The translations under genes and the position numbers were made by a program. DNA of 39,009 bases, from the IMG/VR virus record IMGVR_UViG_2540341091_000002, positions 1 to 39,009 of that record, one strand, 5' to 3'. Source of the DNA: a virus (taxonomy: Duplodnaviria; Heunggongvirae; Uroviricota; Caudoviricetes). This document shows positions 1-8,383 of this stretch, in pieces. The notes beneath the pieces are model-generated. The model did not search any database. It was not told where the DNA came from and was given only the letters and a program-made list of their open reading frames with translations. How positions within the stretch are numbered: position 1 is the first letter of the stretch; each line of letters opens with the position of its first letter.

Positions 1-90
1 TTGCCTCCCCCCCGTTGATGGGTAAAATAGCCGCAATTTTTCGTTTTCAACAAGCGCGGCGCGATGCCGCTTACTCAAGAAGAAAGAATT

Positions 91-165
91 ATGACGTTGT
101 CTCCTTATTTGCAAGAGGTGGCGAAGCGCCGCACTTTTGCCATTATTTCTCACCCCAATAATTAA
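91..165 (+). pseudogene. prfC: 5' fragment of peptide chain release factor 3 gene (prfC) truncated at the prophage junction (attL side)
   Basis: ORF at 91 encodes [22 protein letters not shown], which I recognise as the RF3 N-terminus; it diverges to NN-stop exactly where the GTP-binding P-loop (DAGKTT) should follow. Recognition is from memory, not a search. Confidence 0.6.
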
Positions 166-319
166 GCCTAAATTAAAGCTCTTTTACTCTTTCAAAATCC
201 TTTCAGTTAATTGAGGTTGAGTAATATAACTCATTTAAATACATTTAGTTATGTGGCTTCTTTAATTGAAAATTCTTTCATGTAACTTTAAATCGATCTG
301 CTTGCTTTCATCAAAAATC

Positions 320-378
320 TGTACATATGCTTGTACATAATGTACAAAGCAGCAGAGGTGTTTTGCGATTTGTACAAG
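320..378. repeat. Four copies of TGTACA(W)(R) immediately upstream of the integrase start; possible regulator or integrase binding sites
   Basis: tgtacata at 320 and 332, tgtacaaa at 341, tgtacaag at 371; similar GTAC-core palindromes occur in the cI-cro operator region. Confidence 0.45.
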
Positions 379-385
379 GTGAGTA

Positions 386-1609
386 ATGGCGCTGTCTGAT
401 GCGTGGTTGCGTTCAGTCGTTGGAAAGGAACGTGATAAGGTTTTGGTTAAATCCGATCGTGATGGTCTGTCTGTCAGAGTATCACCGAAAGGTCGCGTAG
501 TGTTCCAATATCGTTATCAATGGGCAGGGAAAGGTGAGCGTCTTGATATCGGAACTTACCCGGCAACTGGATTAAAAGAGGCCAGAGAAGAAGTTATCCG
601 TCTCCGTGGTGAACTCGAGTCAAACCGTAATCCACGATTGGTCAAGCAGGCTGAAAAACGAAAAGCTACTGAAGCCATGACGGTAGAGTCTGTGATCCGT
701 GCCTGGTATGAAGCATATTGTGTAAAAAATAAAAAAGGCTCTGAACAGATACTCCGCTCGTTTGAGCTGCACCTGTTCTCTAAAATCGGGAATATCCCTC
801 ACGATGCAGCTACATTGCATGATTGGTTAGAAGTCCTGGAGCCTCTTAGCACTAAGACTCCAGCAATAGCAGACCGATTGCTAATTAACGCAAAGCAGGC
901 CCATGTCTGGGCGTATAAGAGAAAGCTCATTGAAACTCGCCCGCTGTCGGATATCACGGGTAAAGATATGGATATCCGTAAAGGTCAGAAGAAACGGTTT
1001 CTGACACATGATGAAATTAAAATCCTTTATGCTGCGATCGATGGTTCTCGAATGGTTCCTAAATACCGGGCCTTCATTAAACTATTGCTGCATTTTGGCT
1101 GCCGTAGTTCAGAGCTAATTACCGCCAGGGTGGACGATTTTGATTTCATTAATAAAGTATGGACTGTACCACCAGAACGACATAAGACTGGGGAGATAAC
1201 GGGCGAACCGCTAAAACGGCCCATTATTGAACCGGTTGAAGAGCTTATAAAGTACGCTATTTCTATGAACAATGGTTCCGATATGCTTTTTACTAAGGAA
1301 GGAAGCAGGGAACCCGTTGGTCGGACATCATTGCAGTCGCTGCCTTACAATTTAATGCAGTATGCATGGCGGCGTTTGGGGTATCAATTCCCTCATTGGT
1401 CTCTGCATGATTTGAGGCGAACAGCACGAACAAACTTTTCTGATCTTACTGCGCCTCATATCGCAGAAATAATGCTCGGTCATAAACTGCCGGGGGTATG
1501 GCAAGTTTATGACAAGAGTGATTATTTAGAAGAACAGCGTAAAGCCTACCAGGCATGGTGGGAGAGAGTTGAATCGATTGTTACTTGTTCTGGTTCAGAC
1601 ACCAACTGA
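386..1609 (+). CDS. int: Tyrosine site-specific integrase (P4-type family)
   Basis: 407 aa; N-terminal arm-binding-like region (VSPKGRVVFQYRYQWAGKGERLDIGTYP) and C-terminal catalytic region with HDLRRTARTNF and LGHK...VYD motifs typical of phage integrases; sits next to the disrupted host gene. Confidence 0.9.
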   Translation: MALSDAWLRSVVGKERDKVLVKSDRDGLSVRVSPKGRVVFQYRYQWAGKGERLDIGTYPATGLKEAREEVIRLRGELESNRNPRLVKQAEKRKATEAMTVESVIRAWYEAYCVKNKKGSEQILRSFELHLFSKIGNIPHDAATLHDWLEVLEPLSTKTPAIADRLLINAKQAHVWAYKRKLIETRPLSDITGKDMDIRKGQKKRFLTHDEIKILYAAIDGSRMVPKYRAFIKLLLHFGCRSSELITARVDDFDFINKVWTVPPERHKTGEITGEPLKRPIIEPVEELIKYAISMNNGSDMLFTKEGSREPVGRTSLQSLPYNLMQYAWRRLGYQFPHWSLHDLRRTARTNFSDLTAPHIAEIMLGHKLPGVWQVYDKSDYLEEQRKAYQAWWERVESIVTCSGSDTN

Positions 1610-1781
1610 CAGTTTGCATATTTTGAACGCAATAAAATATGACAGTCCGCTTTGAGCGAGGAGCGGATATATGATGTTTAGAAAACGCGCGATTTGCAGT
1701 TAAGCAATCTAAGTTACTGATGTACTATACTGGAACTGCTGGCCAGTTTGTGTTGAACACCATCATTATCACAATAAGGAA

Positions 1782-3035
1782 ATGAAAGTCGAAATGAATA
1801 CTAAACTTTTGGCCTATTTAAACAATGAGTTACATGGAGTGTGGATAGATAGTGAAAATCGTAATATCCACATAATACTTAAATCAAGCCTTCCTATAAT
1901 TAAATCCGTCTGGTCAGGAGCACCTATCCACTTTTTGGTAGGTTTATCTACTAAAAATATACTAGTGATTGGGATGTTGATTGAAGATAATGTCGATAAT
2001 CCATTTTTACTAGCCTATCCACCAAGAGAGGCAGATGAAATTAAAGGGCTGGATTTGTTATTGTCAGGCGCTTATGATGGTATTCTATTATCATTTTTTG
2101 ACTCGCATACAATGCGTGTTATGGACCTGAAAATAAAAGTTTCGGAAAATTTACCGTGTGAATGTTTAAAAAAATTTTGTGCTAATTCATATTCTCTCAA
2201 TTCAGGATTTAGGGAAGGTAATGAAGCAATGGATGAATTCTGCAACAATGCTTTGACTGGTAACGAGAAAATAATTAGTCTGCCACTAAGTGTAATCGAT
2301 AAAAAATCTTACCTAGCAAGTGTTCATGAACCAAACGATACCGTATTAACATATGAATTTAGCGTCAGTGAAAACGGCTCTGAGGGATATGAGCAGGAAG
2401 CTCTTATATACCATGCTTTGCGGCAGGTCTTTTCACCGGAGGAAGTGTTTTTTTCTCCAGATATTATTGAGGGTAATAAAAAAAGAGAACTAGTTGATAT
2501 TCTTATTGTAGAAAATGACTATGTATTATCTATACAGTCTAAAGCATCATCTTTGATTGAAATGGGTTTAAAATCTCATGAAAAGCTTTGTAGCATGTAT
2601 AAGAAAAAAGCATTGCAAGGGATCGATCAGGTTAAAGGCGTTATCCCAATTCTAAATAATGATGTGGTTATTAATTATGACGGGAGGGAATGCTTAATAA
2701 AGCGCAGAAAGGGTATTTATCATTTAGTGATAATCTCAGATCTTGTTTTAGAGAAAGAAGGTGCTGAAAAGATTTATAACGAAATTAGCAACCTTAAAGA
2801 GTCAAAAGGGGCGAAAGTTTTAGTTATGAGCCTTGAAGGTCTTGTAAATTTTATAAGACTATCAAGATTAAATAAAAGAATGTTTTGGGCAATGCTGGAG
2901 ACTAAATACAAGTTCAGCATAAAAAACCGTACAATTTTAATTAGAGATATCGACTCTAGCCAAGAGAATAATCTACCATTACTTGCCACTGATCAATACC
3001 TATCACTTCTTCGAGGTACGGGAAAATTAAAATAA
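1782..3035 (+). CDS. Hypothetical AT-rich cargo protein; possible PD-(D/E)xK-like nuclease core (candidate defence or abortive-infection gene)
   Basis: 417-aa ORF with AAGGA ribosome-binding site upstream; composition is markedly AT-rich (roughly one-third G+C by eye, against about half in flanking phage genes); residues ~200-255 (EQEALIYHAL...ELVDILIVENDYVLSIQSK) fit an alpha-beta-beta-beta D...QxK pattern; no family recognised. Confidence 0.6.
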   Translation: MKVEMNTKLLAYLNNELHGVWIDSENRNIHIILKSSLPIIKSVWSGAPIHFLVGLSTKNILVIGMLIEDNVDNPFLLAYPPREADEIKGLDLLLSGAYDGILLSFFDSHTMRVMDLKIKVSENLPCECLKKFCANSYSLNSGFREGNEAMDEFCNNALTGNEKIISLPLSVIDKKSYLASVHEPNDTVLTYEFSVSENGSEGYEQEALIYHALRQVFSPEEVFFSPDIIEGNKKRELVDILIVENDYVLSIQSKASSLIEMGLKSHEKLCSMYKKKALQGIDQVKGVIPILNNDVVINYDGRECLIKRRKGIYHLVIISDLVLEKEGAEKIYNEISNLKESKGAKVLVMSLEGLVNFIRLSRLNKRMFWAMLETKYKFSIKNRTILIRDIDSSQENNLPLLATDQYLSLLRGTGKLK

Positions 3036-3220
3036 ATTGTATCAATGATACTGTTGCCACGTATCGAGACTGGCTTATGAACGGAAGGGTTTTCCAGCAG
3101 TTCAGCGACCGGAGCTGCACATCGATGCCGGATTGTGCCTGCAATTATGTACTTGGCTAAGAGGTGCTGCTGGCTCTGGATAGAATAACCCTAACGTCCA
3201 AAGAGCGCGCATTTTCATGT

Positions 3221-3261
3221 AAAAAAATAAATAGCTTGTCTGCTCTTGATACAGAGCAGAC
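3221..3261 (-). terminator. Rho-independent terminator ending the leftward early operon
   Basis: Perfect 9-bp inverted repeat gtctgctct/agagcagac with 6-nt loop (3238-3261); on the minus strand it is followed by a T-rich run (plus-strand aaaaaaataaata at 3221-3233). Confidence 0.5.
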
Positions 3262-3320
3262 AGTCAGATCTGTTTGGCTTGTGCCATAGATGTGCCAGCT
3301 CACATTTGAGCTAATGTTTG

Positions 3321-3515
3321 TTACTCAATTACTCCTGCAAACCTGTATATCTTACGTGATGCCCATTTATTTGGGCAGGATTTAATATCAGGATCTGGAA
3401 AATCAGGCCGATATTTCTGACCAGTCCTCCGGTTTACACTGTTCCAGCGAAGCACCGTCGATATTGAAACGCCACAGAATTCGGCGACTTGTTTTGTTGT
3501 CATTAAGTTGTTCAT
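3321..3515 (-). CDS. Excisionase-like helix-turn-helix DNA-binding protein (AlpA/TorI/Xis type), probable recombination directionality factor
   Basis: Start taken at internal Met (MNNLMTTKQVAEFCGVSISTVLRW...), which forms an ATGA overlap with the upstream gene stop; small HTH protein at the end of the operon near int. Confidence 0.6.
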   Translation of the reverse strand: MNNLMTTKQVAEFCGVSISTVLRWNSVNRRTGQKYRPDFPDPDIKSCPNKWASRKIYRFAGVIE

Positions 3516-3859
3516 TGTTGACCCTCCTGTGGTTGTGCAGTTGAAAGACTCATGCCCGCGCGTTGTTGCCAGACGACCCAGCCGAGAGCCATATCCCACG
3601 CCATGTACTCGTTATCACCGTTTTTTGCTCTCCGACGATCGACTGTTTTACCGAAACGCTTTTCCATAAATAATTCATAGGCTGCGCGTTCATCTGGCTC
3701 AACTTCCAGAGATGCCAGTGCAATCCGTGCCAGTTCTAAATCATCTTCAAGCTCAGCGCGAATCTCAGCGAATGCACTCTGTGTTAAGGCGAACTCAATG
3801 CTCTGCACTTTATTCCGTGCGCGCTCAAGCAGTGCATGGTAGTTAATTTCGGTTGTCAT
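3512..3859 (-). CDS. Hypothetical prophage early protein
   Basis: 115-aa ORF translationally coupled to neighbours on both sides; acidic helical sequence; no family recognised with confidence. Confidence 0.55.
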   Translation of the reverse strand: MTTEINYHALLERARNKVQSIEFALTQSAFAEIRAELEDDLELARIALASLEVEPDERAAYELFMEKRFGKTVDRRRAKNGDNEYMAWDMALGWVVWQQRAGMSLSTAQPQEGQQ

Positions 3860-4734
3860 ACCCCTACCTCTTCGAATTTCAATACCAATTGATCACCCCA
3901 GATTTCACATGACTCTGAACACGAGCCGGTATCGAATCGCCTGGCCTGTACCATCGCCTGATACAAATTTCTGTAGTCGCTGTTGGCAGACATTCTGGCA
4001 ATTCCGTCAAGCGTCAGGTGACCACGGTACATAACGTCTTTACCTGTTCTGCGATGACCATCCCTGACGTGTTTGCCTGTAACCAGCTCATTAAAAACTC
4101 GCATCAGACCAGGTTCGTCTTTACATGCAAGCCCCAGCTTTTGCGTTGACTTTTTGATGCAGAAAACACAGTTCCCGAGATGCTCCGGGATTTGCAAATC
4201 AAAAGGTTGTTTTCGCCACCACCGGATAACATCCGACTTATCAAAATCTGACAGTTCGGCAAGATACCGGACGCCCGATTTCGGTTTCAGCCTACGGGGT
4301 TCGTCTGCACGAATACCCAGCCATGTGATGTAATTACCTCGCCCGAAATGGTTATCGCAGTATTTCGTGAAAGGGATGAGTTTTAGCCTGTCAGTACAGA
4401 ACGCGCCGCCGATGTATGGCGTGCCGTACTTTTTAACCATGTCCATAAACGGTTTAAGTACCGGCATTCGCGTCTGAATATCCTTTGGCTCCCATTCTGT
4501 ATAACCATTTGGCTGCCCAAGCTCAGGATTGATATCGACCTGCAACACAGTTAGTGGTATGCCCCAGAACTTCACAACCTCCCGAATAAAGCGGTATGTC
4601 AGCGGATGTTCGCAACCGGTATCCATAAAGATGTAGCAGACGTTATTGCCAGCCTTTCTTTGTTCTTCCATCAGGTGAACAAGATATGCAGATGTTCTCC
4701 CGCCGGAAAAACTAACTACATGAGTTATGCACAT
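3856..4734 (-). CDS. Phosphoadenosine phosphosulfate (PAPS) reductase family protein, PP-loop ATP pyrophosphatase fold
   Basis: 292 aa; N-terminal VVSFSGGRTS PP-loop-like motif typical of the PAPS-reductase family; 10-bp overlap with upstream gene. Confidence 0.75.
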   Translation of the reverse strand: MCITHVVSFSGGRTSAYLVHLMEEQRKAGNNVCYIFMDTGCEHPLTYRFIREVVKFWGIPLTVLQVDINPELGQPNGYTEWEPKDIQTRMPVLKPFMDMVKKYGTPYIGGAFCTDRLKLIPFTKYCDNHFGRGNYITWLGIRADEPRRLKPKSGVRYLAELSDFDKSDVIRWWRKQPFDLQIPEHLGNCVFCIKKSTQKLGLACKDEPGLMRVFNELVTGKHVRDGHRRTGKDVMYRGHLTLDGIARMSANSDYRNLYQAMVQARRFDTGSCSESCEIWGDQLVLKFEEVGV

Positions 4735-5261
4735 TTGCGTAACTCCGATAACTCGTTAAAACGTTCCATAAACATCCCGTAGGCATGTCCTGGTGCCAGT
4801 GGAATCACTTTGAACATCTCTGTTGCCGGGATACCTTCCAGTACAGGCCAGAAAGAGCCATCATCAAGCCCGAGATCGCGGCGTTCGGTTGCCAGCATAA
4901 TGAGATCGGCATATTTCACTGGCGTGCTCATAACAGGAGGTAACCCGTATTTCTCACGGATTACGGCGTCTATTTTTTCTTCCATCTGTTTATAGTCAGG
5001 AAGAAGGCGTTTCAGTGGCGCGGGGATGTCCTGACAATACGCTTCTGTTGCATCATGCATTAACGCTTCAAAAGCAAACTCCTCCGGAACCAGTTTGCTG
5101 CAAAGCACCGCATGTTGGGCGACGCTGTAGAAGTGTGAAAGATGACCGGCAAAGCGACAGATATTTGAAAGGGAAACTGCGATATCGTTAATCACGATGT
5201 CGTCTTTATTTATCCTGTCATAATAAAAATGCTTCCCGGAAAAAGTTTTAATAAATGACAT
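4725..5261 (-). CDS. yfdR: HD-domain phosphohydrolase (YfdR-like, 5'-deoxynucleotidase family)
   Basis: Start placed at MSFIK (GGAG 6 nt upstream), giving 178 aa; HD motif in ALMHDATEAY; length and neighbours match the CPS-53 yfdP-yfdQ-yfdR arrangement as I recall it. Confidence 0.65.
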   Translation of the reverse strand: MSFIKTFSGKHFYYDRINKDDIVINDIAVSLSNICRFAGHLSHFYSVAQHAVLCSKLVPEEFAFEALMHDATEAYCQDIPAPLKRLLPDYKQMEEKIDAVIREKYGLPPVMSTPVKYADLIMLATERRDLGLDDGSFWPVLEGIPATEMFKVIPLAPGHAYGMFMERFNELSELRKCA

Positions 5262-5389
5262 TTTGTTCTCCACTTTATATGCGCTGCACCGCGCTGAATT
5301 TTGGTTAAAGAAAACCCTCGCCATCAGGCGATTATTGAGTTAATTACGTTTCCATAAATGCCCCCGCAGGGGCATTTGCAGTAATGAAA

Positions 5390-6214
5390 TCAGGCGGTGA
5401 AAGTACCAATAAAGGTTTCTACTTTGCTGTCTTTGAATTTTTCAACAAGCAGATTACGAAATTCGTTAGCCATTTCTTCCTGTACTGCTTCCAGCTGAAT
5501 AATGCGCAGAACCAGTACAGGGCGATCACCAGTGATAATGCTGAGGCGTAATTTAAACGGACGTTCTTTCAGGCCTTCAAACGGAACGCATTTAAACTCA
5601 AATACTACTGGCATAATGTCTTTAGTTTTCGCTTCGACAGACTCCATCAGAGAGCGTTTGCCGCTGAAGTCATTGTCTTCAAAATCAGCGGTCTGGTTTG
5701 CTTCAATCGTGATTTTACGGACCGCCGCAGCCGCTTTTGTTGCCTGAATGGCGTCACCATTAGCATCAAAGCCCACAAGGTAGTCGGCCCAGTCTTCAAT
5801 CCATTCTGCCAGTGACTTCTGGGAGTTACGCTCGCCGTTAACAGACAACAGGGCAGAGAACGGTGCTGTCTTTTTCAGTTTGAGAGTGGCGGTGTTATCT
5901 GCGTGACCTGGTTCATCAATAGTACCCAGGTTAAGCACACTGACGGCACGCATATTATCGGCATCGATAAAGCAGCGGGTGCCTTCATCTGCAAGAACTT
6001 TAGAATAACGGGTAAAGTCATCGATGCTGGCAGTGGAAAGCGCACCACGGAAACGGAAGCGATTTAAATTAAATTTTTCCAGATCATGAATGCGGAAATT
6101 CTCAGGCAATGCCACAGCATCGGCACCAATCTTACTGATAATTTCATTAACACCCTGAGCAGAAATAAGGGCATGGATTTGATTAATTGCGGTTGCGTCT
6201 AAGTTCTGAGACAT
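5390..6214 (-). CDS. yfdQ: YfdQ-like prophage protein (DUF2303 family), function unknown
   Basis: 274 aa, same length and position as CPS-53 YfdQ between YfdP-like and YfdR-like genes; assignment from recollection of the family, not a search. Confidence 0.6.
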   Translation of the reverse strand: MSQNLDATAINQIHALISAQGVNEIISKIGADAVALPENFRIHDLEKFNLNRFRFRGALSTASIDDFTRYSKVLADEGTRCFIDADNMRAVSVLNLGTIDEPGHADNTATLKLKKTAPFSALLSVNGERNSQKSLAEWIEDWADYLVGFDANGDAIQATKAAAAVRKITIEANQTADFEDNDFSGKRSLMESVEAKTKDIMPVVFEFKCVPFEGLKERPFKLRLSIITGDRPVLVLRIIQLEAVQEEMANEFRNLLVEKFKDSKVETFIGTFTA

Positions 6215-6278
6215 AATAAGTCCTCACTATATAAAGATATTCAGTGATGAGATAAATAATCAGTTTATTAGAACGATA

Positions 6279-6641
6279 TTAACGACCTGCTGCGCGGAGT
6301 TTTCCGTCAGGTTCACCGGCAAGAGTCAGTAATTGTCCTTGGTCTTCCTGCAGAATAGTCAGGCGACCACCGCGATTGACATACATCGGCGTTTCGGTGG
6401 TGTCTTCTTCGGAAATTTTCCCGCGGTTAGTCGGGCGAACATATGAGAGTTTGTGTTTGATTTTTACACGGTTCTCATCAAACGGTTCGATTTCCAGGTT
6501 GAGCGAGACCTTACCTTTGGTTTTCGTGTTCATCACACCGGAAGCGACTTCACTGAGAACAGCGCCGATTTTGGTTTCAAATACGCCGCCGTCCAGCTCC
6601 CCGATAAATGCCTGCACATCAGTACTGCGTTCGCTAGCCAT
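6279..6641 (-). CDS. yfdP: YfdP-like prophage protein, function unknown
   Basis: Start placed at MASERSTD (AGGAG upstream), giving 120 aa; the longer track ORF has a Cys-rich, improbable N-terminal extension. Confidence 0.55.
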   Translation of the reverse strand: MASERSTDVQAFIGELDGGVFETKIGAVLSEVASGVMNTKTKGKVSLNLEIEPFDENRVKIKHKLSYVRPTNRGKISEEDTTETPMYVNRGGRLTILQEDQGQLLTLAGEPDGKLRAAGR

Positions 6642-7350
6642 TTTGCTGCTCCTCATCATATCGACCCCGCAAGGTCGGTTGGTTTCTCCACAAAACAGAG
6701 AAGAACACCAGCGGTGGCAGCCGCCCGGATGGATTGGGTTATGAGCCCGTCGTCCGGTGATGCCCTTCTCTGTTTTGTAAAAAGAGCGGTACCAGCCGGA
6801 AGCAAGTGTACAAACTGGTACCGCCAAAGCAGTGGCTGTTGTGGTGACCGGTGCTGATCTCCGGCTTGCGGTTATTTCAGACTCTCACGGGCGTTTAATT
6901 GCCCCGCCGAACAGCTCTTTTCCGCAATAGCTGCAATGTCTTTCGCGCATCAGCCTGCGCATTCACCACAACGCTGAGAGCATTGCCGGTGTCCGAATCG
7001 AACGGACCTTTTCCCTGCCCAACCCTCCCATCTGAATGGGACTGTCTGGAATTGAACCAGCACTTATGCCTTGCTCGTCAATGCTCTCATCGTTGCGTCC
7101 TGGTCTCTTCCCAAGCGTCAAACCGAATCGCCACGCTGGTTAGGCGTCTTATCAGCATCCTCATTGACTTGCACATTCCGGCTACCTGGTTTGTTTGCCC
7201 GAGCAAGGAGTGGATTATCCCCTTTAACGTCCCCAGACCGCTAACGACGCATGTGCCATACGCCGTGTTACAACCAAATTTTGTTTGAATCTTGCCTGCC
7301 TCATGTTTCTTTTGGATACATTATGTATCTCATAGGTACATTGTCAAGTA

Positions 7351-7373
7351 TAAAAAAACCTGCCGAAGCAGGT
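7351..7373 (-). terminator. Rho-independent terminator downstream of the repressor gene
   Basis: Hairpin acctgc-cgaa-gcaggt (7358-7373) followed on the minus strand by a run of seven T (plus-strand aaaaaaa at 7351-7357). Confidence 0.6.
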
Positions 7374-7386
7374 TCATAAATATTGA

Positions 7387-8061
7387 TTAGGCCTTTATTG
7401 TGTATCTTCTTGGTTTTCCCGAGAAAATCACTGTACCAATTATAGAGCAATTACCGTTAATCTTAATGTAAGGCTCAGGCCAGTTTGGGTTTAATGCTTT
7501 GAGATAACGCTGTGTTCCATCTTCTATCAACCGCTTGAAGGTGGTTTCGCCTGAATCGTGCATCAATGCAATAACGTCGTCACCGTGGCAGGCAGGGACT
7601 TCAGGATCAACAAAAATCATGTCTCCCGGGCGGTACTCATCAATCATTGAATCACCAATCACCCGCAAGATATAAGTCATTTCGCCACAGGGTACAGGGC
7701 AGGGATAAGTTTCTGCTGTGCTCAAATCAACCTCAGAATAGCCAACTTCTTTCCATGCTCCGGCCTGTACCCATGATATGACAGGGACTAACGTTATTTG
7801 TTTGTTAGTGATTGAAACATCAGGTTTTTTTGTGATGTTCGTGGTCTGGTGTTCTTGATCAAGCCATCCGACAGGCAGGTCGAAACATTTTTCGATGTGC
7901 CTTGCCATGCTGTCACCGATATTTTTAGTAGCACCATCTCCCATAAACCTGCTGGTCTGGGTTGGCTCGCGATCAATCATGGTGGCAAAGGAAGAATTCC
8001 CGCCAACACCATCTCTCAGTTTTCTGGCGTTAGACCGCCGGATGTCATGGACTGTTTTCAT
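7387..8061 (-). CDS. cI: CI-like prophage repressor (N-terminal HTH plus C-terminal S24 LexA-type autopeptidase domain)
   Basis: 224 aa; C-terminal VIGDSM...FKRL gives the Ser/Lys dyad context of S24 peptidases; divergent from a Cro-like gene; no Shine-Dalgarno before the ATG, consistent with a leaderless PRM-type transcript. Confidence 0.85.
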   Translation of the reverse strand: MKTVHDIRRSNARKLRDGVGGNSSFATMIDREPTQTSRFMGDGATKNIGDSMARHIEKCFDLPVGWLDQEHQTTNITKKPDVSITNKQITLVPVISWVQAGAWKEVGYSEVDLSTAETYPCPVPCGEMTYILRVIGDSMIDEYRPGDMIFVDPEVPACHGDDVIALMHDSGETTFKRLIEDGTQRYLKALNPNWPEPYIKINGNCSIIGTVIFSGKPRRYTIKA

Positions 8062-8151
8062 AACGAAATTAAAACCTTTGTACCGATAGGGTACAAGTAT
8101 CTTGAAGGTTCATCTCAATCATGTAATATGTATATCGGAGGTACATATTGT
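8062..8151. promoter_or_regulatory. Divergent promoter/operator region between the repressor and Cro-like genes
   Basis: Palindrome ttgtacc-gatag-ggtacaa at 8078-8096 plus related GTAC-core motifs (catgtaatatgtat, ggtacatattgtat); a related motif (ggtacattgtcaag) lies downstream of cI near 7335. Confidence 0.5.
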
Positions 8152-8352
8152 ATGAAAGCGTATTGGGACTCTTTAACCAAAGAACAGCAGGGCGAGTTGG
8201 CCGGAAAAGTTGGCTCAACACCAGGCTATTTACGGCTGGTTTTCAATGGTTATAAAAAAGCCAGTTTTGTGCTGGCTAAAAAACTTGAGCAATGCACGTC
8301 AGGTGCAATTACGAAATCTGACTTAAGACCGGATATCTATCCGAAAGATTAA
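8152..8352 (+). CDS. Cro-like / YdaS-like small HTH regulator
   Basis: 66-aa ORF starting at ATG 8152 with GGAGG upstream; divergent from cI; basic HTH-like sequence. Confidence 0.65.
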   Translation: MKAYWDSLTKEQQGELAGKVGSTPGYLRLVFNGYKKASFVLAKKLEQCTSGAITKSDLRPDIYPKD

Positions 8353-8383
8353 CAGAACACCTTCAATTTTTAACCACAGAACG

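Noticed and set aside
1690-1740. Sigma70-like promoter (ttgcag / tatact) for the AT-rich cargo gene
   Set aside because: Spacing between the candidate -35 and -10 elements is about 26 bp, too long for a canonical promoter; left unannotated.
3321-3599. Full-length 92-aa version of the excisionase-like ORF
   Set aside because: The 28-residue N-terminal extension overlaps the upstream gene in another frame; the internal Met at 3515 gives a typical small HTH excisionase with an ATGA junction.
7021-7140. tRNA-like T-arm motif (ggttcaattcc on the minus strand)
   Set aside because: When folded as a tRNA the acceptor stem does not pair and no D-arm or anticodon arm can be placed; most likely chance similarity.
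6899-7288. 129-aa plus-strand ORF in the region between the early-left genes and the repressor
   Set aside because: Cys/Pro/Arg-rich low-complexity translation, no ribosome-binding site, and it runs antisense to the expected leftward early transcript; treated as non-coding leader.
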